A DNA stretch of 32,000 bases, from the NCBI GenBank assembly GCA_900234795.1, contig LT962688.1:1890001-1922000 (forward strand). The letters are read 5' to 3'. Positions 19,245 to 27,570 of the stretch are shown one piece after another (the stretch's first letter is position 1; each line of letters begins with the position of its first letter). This stretch comes from Methylorubrum extorquens (GTDB lineage: Bacteria > Pseudomonadota > Alphaproteobacteria > Rhizobiales > Beijerinckiaceae). The notes below the pieces were generated by a model. The model was not told where the DNA came from, searched no databases, and was given only the letters and a program-made list of their open reading frames with translations. Both the position numbers and the translations under genes were made by a program.

Positions 19245-20300
19245 TCAGGCGGCCGCGGAAGCGGTGTCGCGGCCGAGATCGAGGAAGGCCTGGACGTCGG
19301 CCCAGCGGCTCAGGAACGCCGCGACGATGGCCGGGTCGAAATGGGAGCCGGCGTTCTCCTGCAGAAAGACCCGCGCATGCTCCGGTGACCAAGCCGGCTT
19401 GTAGGGACGCTGGGTCGTCAGCGCGTCGAAGACGTCGGCCACCGCGACGATGCGGCCGGATAGGGGGATGGCCTCGCCCTTCAGGCGATAGGGGTAGCCG
19501 GTCCCGTCCCAGCGCTCGTGGTGGCTTCCCGCGATCTCGGCGGCGAGCCGCATGACGGGCGAGTCGCTGCCGCCCAGGATGCGCCGTCCCCGGTCGGCGT
19601 GCTGCTCCATCTCCCGGCGCTCCTCAGGGGTGAGAGCGCCCGGCTTGAGCAGGATCGCGTCCGGCACGGCGATCTTGCCGACGTCGTGCATGGTCGCGGC
19701 CAGACAGAGCTGCCGGGCGTCGGATGCGGGCATCCGCATCGCCTCGGCGATCAGCCCGACATAGGCGGAGACGCGTGCGATGTGATCGCCGGTGTCGGAA
19801 TCGCGGTGCTCTGCGGCGCGCATGAGGGTCGAGACGATCTCGCGCTCGCGCTCCTCGACCAGGACCACCGCCGCCGCGACCTCGCGGGCGAGCTGCGCGG
19901 CGTGGTCGCGCTGCGCCCGGTGGGCCGCGGAGAGGGCGAGCAGGTTCGTGACGCGGGCACGGATCTCGACCGCGTCGGCGGGCTTGGTGAGGAAGTCGGT
20001 CGCTCCCGCCTCCAGCGCCTCGCGGCGCAGGCTCCGCTGGTCGTGGCTCGTCACCATGACCGTGGGAACGTTGGTGAGGCCGGGAATGCGCCGCACCGCC
20101 CGGATGAACGCGACGCCGTTCATGTCCGGCATCTCGTAATCGGTGATGACGACCCCGATCTCGGACGCCCGCGCCTCCGCGAAGGCGAGCGCTTCGGCCG
20201 GCACGGTGAAGGCCTGCGGCGTGCAGCCGGCGAGCGGCCGCAACGAGGCGACCATCACCAGGTTGTTCATCTCGGCATCGTCGAGGACGAGAGCGAGCAT
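19245..20300 (-). CDS. response regulator with HD-GYP domain (putative c-di-GMP phosphodiesterase)
   Basis: The receiver reads MLALVLDDAEMNN...VVITDYEMPDMNG...TKP. The HD-GYP domain reads HRDSDTGDHIARV...MHDVGKIAVPD...HHERWDGTGYPYRLKG. ATG 20298-20300 is preferred over 20393. Confidence 0.92.
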   Translation of the reverse strand: MLALVLDDAEMNNLVMVASLRPLAGCTPQAFTVPAEALAFAEARASEIGVVITDYEMPDMNGVAFIRAVRRIPGLTNVPTVMVTSHDQRSLRREALEAGATDFLTKPADAVEIRARVTNLLALSAAHRAQRDHAAQLAREVAAAVVLVEEREREIVSTLMRAAEHRDSDTGDHIARVSAYVGLIAEAMRMPASDARQLCLAATMHDVGKIAVPDAILLKPGALTPEERREMEQHADRGRRILGGSDSPVMRLAAEIAGSHHERWDGTGYPYRLKGEAIPLSGRIVAVADVFDALTTQRPYKPAWSPEHARVFLQENAGSHFDPAIVAAFLSRWADVQAFLDLGRDTASAAA

Positions 20301-20517
20301 CGAGTTTTGTCCCAGGCCTGACGGCACCCCTCGCCCAGCTGGCTGCTCGACGGCAACCTTATGGTGGACGGGCCCACTAACACCCCCGTCCATTGCTGAA
20401 ACGTGAAACCGGCTCCGGTTCTCCGCCGACGTGGTCGCCGCCGCGTGCGTGAGCGTTAGCGAAAGCTTGGCGGAATGCTCGAAACCGGCGCCGGGTGGGG
20501 CCCGTGCGAAGGGCCCT

Positions 20518-21378
20518 TCAGCGGGACAGGAACAGCGGAACGGGGCAGCTTCGCAGCAGCGAGCGCGTGACGCCGCCGAAGAAGAACTGGCGCGCGCGGG
20601 AATGGCGATAGGCGCCCATCACGATCAGGTCGGCCCGGAACAGGCCGGCTTGGCTCCGCAGGGTGTCGCCGACGGAGCCGGAGACGGGCAGGTTGTTGAC
20701 GGTGACGTTCACTCCGTGCCGCGCGAGGTGGGGCGCGAATTCGGCCCCCGGCACCGAATCGCGGATCTCCGCCGCGTCGCCGATCGAGACGATCTCGACC
20801 GCCTCGGCCGCTCGCAGGAACGGCAGCGCATCGTTGGCGGCCCGTGCCGCCTGGGCGCTTCCGTCCCAAGAGACGATGATCCGGCGGCCGGCAAAGCCCG
20901 TGTGCCCCGGCGGCACCGCGATGACCGGGCGACCGCTCTTGAACAGGGTCGTCTCGATCGCCTCGCGGTCGAGGTCGCAGGTCCAGATCAATGCATCCAG
21001 AATCGCCAGATCGTGCAGCCGCGCCTGTTCCGCCAGCCGGTGGATGATGGCCGGATAGTGCAGGCTCGGCGTCTCGGTCGTGCACACGACGCCCGCCTGC
21101 GCCGCATCGCCCGCGGTGCGCTCCGCGATGGCACGGGCCAGCCGATCGAGGCGCCGGTCGATGTCCGCGACGGTCCCGTCGTCGAAACCGCTGATCCAGC
21201 GATTGTCGCCGTAGAGCCGCCAGGACGCCGATTGAAGCGTCAGGTGGGCGCCTGCGGCCCGGGCCAGCGACAGGCCGTAGCCGACGGCCGGCGAATCCCT
21301 GTCGCTCTCGTTCTCGACGGCGATCCCGACGAGGACGTCGCGGATGCCAGTGAGCGCGGATGAGACGGGTTGGGACAT
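20518..21378 (-). CDS. tandem universal stress protein (UspA family)
   Basis: There are two Usp halves. The C-terminal half reads IIVSWDGSAQAARAANDALPFLRAAEAVEIVS...DLIVMGAYRHSRARQFFFGGVTRSLL. ATG 21376-21378 is preferred over 21504. Confidence 0.9.
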   Translation of the reverse strand: MSQPVSSALTGIRDVLVGIAVENESDRDSPAVGYGLSLARAAGAHLTLQSASWRLYGDNRWISGFDDGTVADIDRRLDRLARAIAERTAGDAAQAGVVCTTETPSLHYPAIIHRLAEQARLHDLAILDALIWTCDLDREAIETTLFKSGRPVIAVPPGHTGFAGRRIIVSWDGSAQAARAANDALPFLRAAEAVEIVSIGDAAEIRDSVPGAEFAPHLARHGVNVTVNNLPVSGSVGDTLRSQAGLFRADLIVMGAYRHSRARQFFFGGVTRSLLRSCPVPLFLSR

Positions 21379-21433
21379 GACAGGACTCCGGTCTGAACCG
21401 CTCCATCGTTGGAGCGGCGGGCGCCCGCCGGCC

Positions 21434-21447
21434 TTGATACAGCGCAA
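21434..21447 (-). promoter_or_regulatory. FixK/FNR-type box (variant TTGAT-N4-CGCAA)
   Basis: TTGATACAGCGCAA is centred about 62 nt upstream of the usp ATG, which fits a class II site with a leader of about 20 nt. Confidence 0.5.
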
Positions 21448-21721
21448 ATGATTTTTCCGCGCCGGATCAAACGGGGGAGACCACCGGCGGTAGCGCCATT
21501 TCAAAGGCGAGAGGTTGTGTCAGGCCGTCTCGGCGTTGAGGAACCAGCGAATTCATTTCTCGTTGTGCCTATTAATGCAGGCACAAATTGCGGTACGCAT
21601 GAGAAATAGATCGAGATCTTCCGTTACGAGTTGAGTGATTGGCTTTTTATTTATCAAATGACATAATTTATGTAGAATTTATTCAAAAATTATCACCTCA
21701 TCCTACGCAGAGACTTCCGGG

Positions 21722-23269
21722 ATGGAATCGATGACGCTTTCCATGGCCGCGGCTGAGGCGATTCAGGGGGGCGGCGAAGCGCTCACGGCCGAGGACTTCC
21801 GGCAGACCCTCCACGAGGTCGGTGTCTGCATCTGGTCGCTGGACATTTCCACCGGCCGTGTCAGCGCTTCGCAGACCTGCGGCTGCCTCTTCGGTATTCC
21901 AACCGAACGTCTGACGAGCTTTGCCGCGACCCAGGATCTGGTCCACCCGGACGACCGCCAAGCCCGCGCTCACGCCATCGAGAGCGTGCTGCGGGACGGC
22001 GGCAGTTACGAGATCGAATACCGTGTCGTGCTGCCGAATGGGCGGGGTGGCTGGCTGCGCTCGCGGGGGCAGGTGCAGCTCGACGCCGAAGGCCGGCCCC
22101 ACCGGCACCGCGGGGTCGTCTTCAGCATCGAAGAGCAGAAGCAGGTGGAGGCGGAGCTGCGCGCCCGCGAGGCCCATCTCCGCTCGATCCTCGACACGAT
22201 GCCGGAGGCGATGGTGGTCATCGACGAGGCGGGGCTGATCCACTCGTTCAACCCGGCGGCCGAACGCCTCTTCGGCTACGCGGCCGGCGAGGCGATCGGG
22301 CAGGACGTCCGCATCCTGATGCCGGAGGCGATGCAGGATGGACATGCCGGCGACCTCGAGCGCTATCGGCAGACGCGCCAGCGCCACATCATCGGCACCA
22401 CGCGGTGCGTGACGGGCCGACGGCATGACGGCTCGACCTTTCCGATGGAGCTGGCCATCGGCGAGATGCATTCGGGCGAGCGGACCTTCTTCACCGGCTT
22501 CATCAACGACCTCACCGCGCAGCGGCGGACCGAGGCGCGGCTTCAGGAACTCCAGTCCGAACTGGGGCATGTCTCGCGCTTGAGCGCCATGGGCGAGATG
22601 GCGACGACGCTGGCCCACGAGCTGAATCAGCCGCTCGGCGCCATCACCAACTACACCAACGGCTGCCGCCGCCTCCTCGCCCATCCCGATCCCGAAACCA
22701 TCGCCAGGGCACAGGAGGTTCTCGACAAGGCGGCCGAGCAGGCGCTGCGGGCCCGGCAGATCATCGCCCGCCTGCGGGAGTTCGTCGCCCGTGGCGAGAC
22801 GGAGAAACGGGTCGAGCCGGTCGCGACGATGATCGAGGAGGCCGGCGCCCTGACCCTGGCGGCGGCCGGCGAGCAGGGCATCACGGCCCATGTCGTGCCG
22901 GATCCGCGGGTCGGATCGGTCTTGGTCGACCGGGTTCAGGTGCAGCAGGTTCTGGTCAACCTGATGCGCAATGCCTGCGAGGCGATGCAGCGCAGCAGTC
23001 GGCGCGAGCTGACCGTCGCGACGCGGCGGGTTTCGCCGGATCTGGCCGAGGTCGCGGTGTCGGATACCGGCCCCGGTATCGCCGAGGAGGTGGCCGACCG
23101 GCTGTTCCAGCCCTTCGTCACCACCAAGGAGGCCGGGATGGGCGTTGGCCTCTCGATCAGCCGCACCATCATCGAAGCGCATGGCGGCCGCCTCTGGGTC
23201 GAGCCCAACGCCGCGGGCGGGGCGACCTTCCGGCTGACCCTGCCGACTGCACCCGAGAGAGATCGGTAA
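21722..23269 (+). CDS. fixL: oxygen sensor histidine kinase FixL (PAS-PAS(heme)-HisKA-HATPase)
   Basis: The heme-PAS signature is [52 protein letters not shown]. The H-box is [16 protein letters not shown]. The gene is directly followed by fixJ. Confidence 0.93.
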   Translation: MESMTLSMAAAEAIQGGGEALTAEDFRQTLHEVGVCIWSLDISTGRVSASQTCGCLFGIPTERLTSFAATQDLVHPDDRQARAHAIESVLRDGGSYEIEYRVVLPNGRGGWLRSRGQVQLDAEGRPHRHRGVVFSIEEQKQVEAELRAREAHLRSILDTMPEAMVVIDEAGLIHSFNPAAERLFGYAAGEAIGQDVRILMPEAMQDGHAGDLERYRQTRQRHIIGTTRCVTGRRHDGSTFPMELAIGEMHSGERTFFTGFINDLTAQRRTEARLQELQSELGHVSRLSAMGEMATTLAHELNQPLGAITNYTNGCRRLLAHPDPETIARAQEVLDKAAEQALRARQIIARLREFVARGETEKRVEPVATMIEEAGALTLAAAGEQGITAHVVPDPRVGSVLVDRVQVQQVLVNLMRNACEAMQRSSRRELTVATRRVSPDLAEVAVSDTGPGIAEEVADRLFQPFVTTKEAGMGVGLSISRTIIEAHGGRLWVEPNAAGGATFRLTLPTAPERDR

Positions 23270-23272
23270 CCC

Positions 23273-23881
23273 ATGGCCCCTGCCCTCGTGCATGTCATCG
23301 ACGACGACCCCGCCATGCGCGACTCGGTCGCCTTCCTTCTCGATACGGCCGGCTTCGACGTGCGGCTCTACGAGGCGGGAACGGCCCTGCTGGCACGGCT
23401 CACGCGGCCGCTCCGGGGGTGCATCCTGACCGATATCCGCATGCCCGACCTCGACGGGTTGGCCCTGTTTCGCTCCCTTCGCTCGGCCGGTCACACGCTT
23501 CCCATCGTGATGATGACGGGGCATGGCGACGTGCCGCTCGCGGTGGAGGCGATGAAGCTCGGGGCCTGCGACTTCATCGAGAAGCCGTTCGATGGCGAGG
23601 CGCTCCTCCGGGCGCTGCAAGCCGCTCTGGAGCAGGGTGGGCCTAACGGCCCGGTCGACCCGATCCTGCAGGACTTCATGCGGCGGCTGGCGACCCTGAG
23701 CGAGCGCGAGCGCCAGGTTCTCGATCATCTGGTGACCGGGGGCACCAGCAAGGAGATCGGGCGAAGGCTTCGGATCAGCCCGCGGACCGTCGAGATCTAC
23801 CGGGCCAAGGTCATGGCCAAGACGCGGGCGGGAAGCCTGCAGGAACTGGTGCGCTGGGCCGTGCTCGCCGGCTTCGTGTGA
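23273..23881 (+). CDS. fixJ: response regulator FixJ (REC + LuxR-type HTH)
   Basis: The receiver reads VHVIDDDPAMRDSV...ILTDIRMPDLDG...VMMTGHGDVPLAVEAMKLGACDFIEKPF. The HTH reads LSERERQVLDHLVTGGTSKEIGRRLRISPRTVEIYRAKVM. Confidence 0.93.
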   Translation: MAPALVHVIDDDPAMRDSVAFLLDTAGFDVRLYEAGTALLARLTRPLRGCILTDIRMPDLDGLALFRSLRSAGHTLPIVMMTGHGDVPLAVEAMKLGACDFIEKPFDGEALLRALQAALEQGGPNGPVDPILQDFMRRLATLSERERQVLDHLVTGGTSKEIGRRLRISPRTVEIYRAKVMAKTRAGSLQELVRWAVLAGFV

Positions 23882-24147
23882 GGCCGGCTCGCGGTCGATC
23901 ACGGGATGGCCGCGTTCCTGCCCTCGTGACCCCCCAGAGCCGGCCATCCGAATGCGGAGCCCCGTCGCCGGGATGACGGGAGCGGCCCGCCGTCCTGCAT
24001 CCAGGGGCGAGAGGGACAGCCCGCCGCGGGATTTTGCGGGCGCGGCGGCTTGCGCGGATCGGCCCAGAGCGCAACGTGAGGGGACACGGCGTGCGCCTTC
24101 CCTACTCCGGCTGATTGCAGAGGCTACAGCCCGAGCGCGTTAGGGCG

Positions 24148-24161
24148 TTGATCTTGCGCAA
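24148..24161. promoter_or_regulatory. FixK/FNR-type box far upstream of fixK
   Basis: TTGATCTTGCGCAA has the same variant right arm as the two usp boxes. It lies about 258 nt upstream of the fixK ATG. Confidence 0.4.
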
Positions 24162-24418
24162 TCGATCTTCGATGATACATGCGATCACCGTCCGTCCCTG
24201 ATTCATGGGACCTCATGGGACGTTCGCCGCGGGCGGACGGGATCGCGCGCTCGAGGCCCGACCCGTGCCCCTGCACGCAACCGCTAGCGAAGCGGCGAGA
24301 CAGGCCGCACCCCTACGTAGTTTTCCCTAAGCAGGACTACTTAAGAGAGTATCCGGAATTTCGTCGGTGCCGTGGCGCGACCACTCTCGTCTCATCGAGA
24401 CGGATGAGGAGCGAACCG

Positions 24419-25108
24419 ATGGGCACGAAGCCGACGCCGAGATCCATTCCGGTCGCTCCGGGCTCGCGCACGCCGCGCCGGAGCATCCACGAATGCGGCC
24501 TCTTCGCCGATTGCCCCGATCTCGTCGGAACACCGTTCTCCTACGCCCGCGAGGAGGAGGTCTACGGCGAGGGCGAGGACGCCGAGTTCGTCTACCGGGT
24601 CGTCGAGGGGGCGGTGCGCTCTCACAAGATTCTGAGCGACGGCCGGCGCCAGATCACCGGCTTCCACTTGGCGGGCAACCTGTTCGGGTTCGAGCAGGGC
24701 GACACCCATTGGCACACGGCGGAGGCGCTCTCGGACACCCGGGTGCTGATCTTCCAGCGGCGGCAGATCGAGCGGGCCGCCACCCGCAGCGCCGAGGTCG
24801 CCTGCCAGCTCTGGGGCATGGCGACGACCAGCCTGCGCGACGCTCAGGATCTCATGCTCCTGCTCGGCCGCCGTTCCGCCCAGGAGCGCGTCGCCGCCTT
24901 TCTCATCGAGGTCGATGGCCGCTTCGGCGGCACCGGGGCGTTCGCCCTGCCGATGACCCGACGCGATATCGCCGACTATCTCGGCCTCACCATCGAGACT
25001 GTCTCACGCACCTTCTCGCAGCTCGAGGAGAACGGGGCGCTGCGGCGCTCCGGGAGCCGGCAGATCACGCTTCACCGCGGCCGCCTCCGCCACGTGGTCG
25101 AGAACTGA
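24419..25108 (+). CDS. fixK: Crp/Fnr-family regulator, FixK-like (no N-terminal Cys cluster)
   Basis: AGGAG sits 7 nt before ATG 24419. The cNMP-like fold reads FVYRVVEGAVRSHKILSDGRRQITGFHLAGNLFGFE, and the HTH reads MTRRDIADYLGLTIETVSRTFSQLEENGAL. It lies next to fixLJ. Confidence 0.85.
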   Translation: MGTKPTPRSIPVAPGSRTPRRSIHECGLFADCPDLVGTPFSYAREEEVYGEGEDAEFVYRVVEGAVRSHKILSDGRRQITGFHLAGNLFGFEQGDTHWHTAEALSDTRVLIFQRRQIERAATRSAEVACQLWGMATTSLRDAQDLMLLLGRRSAQERVAAFLIEVDGRFGGTGAFALPMTRRDIADYLGLTIETVSRTFSQLEENGALRRSGSRQITLHRGRLRHVVEN

Positions 25109-25225
25109 TACGGCCTCACATTCGGTTTTCGTGTCCGGCCGCCGCGTGCAGGGATGCGCCGTCCGCCACCGCCGCGACGGCGCGCTCGCGCGTCATCGCC
25201 ACGGCCGCGAATACCGGTTCGGCGA

Positions 25226-26086
25226 TCAATGGGCGAGGAACAGCGGCACCGGAGAGCGTGTCAGGAGCGCGTGCGTGACACCGCCGAGGAACCATTCCTT
25301 CAGGCGTGAATGCCGGTAGGCGCCGATCACCAGCATCTCCGCCCCGAGAAGGCTGGCCTGCCGTCTCAGCGTCTCGGCGACGTCGCCGTCGACCGGGACG
25401 TTCGTCACCGAGACGTTCACACCGTGGCGCGCGAGGTGCGGGGCGAATTCGGCGCCCGCGACCGAGGTCGAGAGATCCTTCTCGCCGACCACCGAGACGA
25501 TCTCGACCGCCTCGGCCGCGCGCAGGAACGGCAGCGCGTCGTTGGCGGCCCGCGCCGCTTGGGCGCTGCCGTCCCAGGCGATGACGATCCGCCGTGCCGA
25601 GAACGTGTCGCCGCCCGGCGGCACCACGAGGAGCGGCCGCCCGCTGCCGAACAGGACCCCGTCGATCACGTCGCGATCGAGATCGACCTCCCGCGCTTCG
25701 GCGTCCAGGATGGTGAGGTCCGCGAGCCGGGCGCGGGCGGTCAGGCGGCCGACGAGTTCGGGATAGGCGAGCGCGGAGGCTTCGATCGAGCAGCTCACAC
25801 CCTCCAGCGTGGCATCCGTCGCGGCGCGCTCGGCGATGGCCCGTGCGCGGGCGCTCAAACGCCGGTTCTCCTGCGCGACGAGATCGTTGACGAAGCCCCA
25901 ACCCGATCCGCCGACCATGGTCAGGCGGCGGGCCGCCGATTGGACGGTGAGATGGGCGCCGGCCATCCCCGCGAGCGACAGGCCGATGCCGAGTGCGCTC
26001 GCGGTCTCGTCCCCGCGGCCCTCCTCGGTCAGGCCGACGAGGATGTCGCGGATGCCCGTGAGGGCGACGGGCGGCGGCTTCGGCAT
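25226..26086 (-). CDS. tandem universal stress protein, close paralog of 20518..21378
   Basis: LTGIRDILVGL...IVIAWDGSAQAARAANDALPFLRAAEAVEIVS...MLVIGAYRHSRLKEWFLGGVTHALL. ATG 26084-26086 is preferred over 26215. Confidence 0.9.
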   Translation of the reverse strand: MPKPPPVALTGIRDILVGLTEEGRGDETASALGIGLSLAGMAGAHLTVQSAARRLTMVGGSGWGFVNDLVAQENRRLSARARAIAERAATDATLEGVSCSIEASALAYPELVGRLTARARLADLTILDAEAREVDLDRDVIDGVLFGSGRPLLVVPPGGDTFSARRIVIAWDGSAQAARAANDALPFLRAAEAVEIVSVVGEKDLSTSVAGAEFAPHLARHGVNVSVTNVPVDGDVAETLRRQASLLGAEMLVIGAYRHSRLKEWFLGGVTHALLTRSPVPLFLAH

Positions 26087-26142
26087 GGTCTGCTCCGGTG
26101 GCGAACACCGCCCGGAGAGTGACGGACCGACCCGCATCCGCT

Positions 26143-26156
26143 TTGATCCAGCGCAA
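26143..26156 (-). promoter_or_regulatory. FixK/FNR-type box (variant)
   Basis: TTGATCCAGCGCAA is centred about 63 nt upstream of the usp ATG. The position and sequence match the box at 21434. Confidence 0.5.
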
Positions 26157-26278
26157 GAACCCCGGTTTGATCTCGTCGGGAGGGACCCGATTCCGGCGCT
26201 CCGGGCGACGAGCACGCCTTGCCGGCGCCCGCCCAGCTCTCCCGCGAGGCGATGATGACGGGGCCGGCCGCGATCGCC

Positions 26279-26292
26279 TTGAGGTGAATCAA
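26279..26292 (+). promoter_or_regulatory. FixK/FNR box
   Basis: TTGAGGTGAATCAA matches 9 of 10 positions of TTGAT-N4-ATCAA, with extended arms CCTTGA/TCAAGG. It is centred about 65 nt upstream of ATG 26351. Confidence 0.6.
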
Positions 26293-26350
26293 GGCGTCGT
26301 GCCGCCGGCGCGGCAGGATGGCGACCGTCGGACGAAGACGGGAGCGAGCG

Positions 26351-26572
26351 ATGAGTGTGGTGCTTCGATCCATCGAAATCGAGACGGTGCGCTACGTGCG
26401 GGCGCCGGCCGGGCCGGTGTCGCGCGCCGAAGCGGCCGGAGCCGGCCTGCCGGCGAGCGCAGGTGTCGTCACGGACATCGCCCGCTACCGGACGATCGGC
26501 AGCCTGCAGGCGCTGGGCTTGGCCGCCACCGCCTCGGTGGTGACGATCGGGCTGCTCTGGCTGGCCGTCTGA
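26351..26572 (+). CDS. 73-aa hypothetical protein with a C-terminal hydrophobic segment
   Basis: GGAG lies upstream of ATG 26351. The translation is MSVVLRSIEIETVRYVRAPAGPVSRAEAAG...LQALGLAATASVVTIGLLWLAV*. It ends 32 nt before the BON gene. Confidence 0.4.
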   Translation: MSVVLRSIEIETVRYVRAPAGPVSRAEAAGAGLPASAGVVTDIARYRTIGSLQALGLAATASVVTIGLLWLAV

Positions 26573-26604
26573 ACGCCTGAAACCTTGAAGCGAGGAGGCG
26601 GGAG

Positions 26605-26931
26605 ATGGACGACATCACCGTGCGCCGACACGTGCTGGCGGCGCTGGGACTCGCACCCATGATCGATGCGGCGCAGATCGGCGTCACCGTCGAGAGCGGT
26701 GTCGTGACGCTCCGCGGGCATGTGCGCAACTGCGCCGAGAAGGGGATCGCCGAGCGGGTCGCGCTGCGGGTTCGCGGCGTCCGCGCCGTGGTCGAGCAGA
26801 TCGAGGTCCGCTACCCGGACAAGTCCCGCAATGGCGACGCGACGCCGCCCGATCACCGCAGCTGGTGCGAGCGGGCGGCGTGGTCGGCTCCCGGTCTGTC
26901 CGCCGTCGAAGATCGGCTGACATTCGCCTGA
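26605..26931 (+). CDS. single BON-domain protein (short)
   Basis: GGAGG lies before the ATG. VRRHVLAALGLAPMIDAAQIGVTVESGVVTLRGHVRNCAEKGIAERVALRVRGVRAVVEQIEV is a BON domain. The tail after residue 70 looks unconserved, so the gene may be truncated. Confidence 0.7.
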   Translation: MDDITVRRHVLAALGLAPMIDAAQIGVTVESGVVTLRGHVRNCAEKGIAERVALRVRGVRAVVEQIEVRYPDKSRNGDATPPDHRSWCERAAWSAPGLSAVEDRLTFA

Positions 26932-26976
26932 TCGGACCCTGCCGCCTGATCCCCTGCGATCGAAGGGCCGGCCGCG

Positions 26977-27426
26977 TCACCCATCGGTGAGACGGCGCCC
27001 GATCTCCTCGATCGAGAGCTTGGTCAGATCCTTGTCGATCTCGGCGATGACGAAGCGCTTGAGGCGCTCGGACAGCGCCTGCCGCAGCGATGCGAGCGTG
27101 CGCGGCGGGGCGACGACGATCAGGGCGGGGATCGCGTCGGCGATGCGGTCCAGCGCAGCCGCGACCTCGTCCGCGAAGCGCTCCTCGGCGATCGCGTGCC
27201 AATCCGTCTGCTCGATGGCGCTGCGGTGCTCCCCCTGCCGGACGCGGGGCGGCCGGTCCGTGCCCTGCTCGCGCGTCGGCGGGTTGGGGGGCGCCTCGAA
27301 GGCGTGCTGCACGCGAAGGGCGAGGTGCAGCGCGTGGCCCTCGTTGCGCAGCACCAGGGCCCGGCGGCCGTCGCCGACGACGACGTATCCCCCGTGGGGA
27401 ATCTTGAGGTTGGGTGTCTCGGTCAT
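26977..27426 (-). CDS. host-attachment-family protein
   Basis: GGYVVVGDGRRALVLRNEG...HRSAIEQTDWHAIAEERFADEVAAALD...ALIVVAPPRTLASLRQALSERLKRFVIAEIDKDLTKLSIEEI matches the pattern I recall for the Agrobacterium host-attachment protein family. Confidence 0.8.
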   Translation of the reverse strand: MTETPNLKIPHGGYVVVGDGRRALVLRNEGHALHLALRVQHAFEAPPNPPTREQGTDRPPRVRQGEHRSAIEQTDWHAIAEERFADEVAAALDRIADAIPALIVVAPPRTLASLRQALSERLKRFVIAEIDKDLTKLSIEEIGRRLTDG

Positions 27427-27570
27427 CGGGCGGCTCCGGTCTAGAGCCGTATCCGACCTGATGGTACCAGGCCGGCGTCTCTAGGTTTTTGTTTCAACAC
27501 GCTTTCTTTCGCCGAACCGGCGTCCGCTTTGTCGGAAATCGCTCCAGCGATTCCGGGCCGGATGCGGCGT

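Noticed and set aside
20431-21406. A plus-strand 310-aa ORF and a minus-strand 316-aa ORF overlapping the first usp gene. Analogous ORFs occur at 25116..26156, 25310..26122 and 27529..28410
   Set aside because: Only the frames I annotated give USP motifs (WDGS, GxxGxxRxxxxxxGSV-like ends). The others are compositional artefacts.
21698-23947. A 749-aa ORF on the minus strand, the longest in this part of the track
   Set aside because: It lies exactly antisense to the strongly supported fixL and fixJ genes. The translation is R/G/P/A-rich with no recognisable motif, which is typical of open antisense frames in high-GC DNA.
23899-24143. Small ORFs in the fixJ-fixK spacer (23952..24143 on the plus strand, 23899..24087 and 23811..24074 on the minus strand)
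   Set aside because: They are P/R/G-rich low-complexity translations with no motifs. They are kept only as a possibility in the spacer finding, not as features.
24179-24418. An N-terminally extended FixK (309 aa from ATG 24179)
   Set aside because: The extension has many A/T third positions, unlike the rest of the gene, and no similarity to Crp-family N-termini. It also contains the AT-rich palindromic patch. A good AGGAG precedes ATG 24419.
27536-27556. The inverted repeat AATCGCT-CC-AGCGATT after the third usp gene, considered as a terminator
   Set aside because: A two-nucleotide loop is too tight for a hairpin, and no U-tract follows on the coding strand. It may be a protein-binding palindrome, but there is no supporting context.
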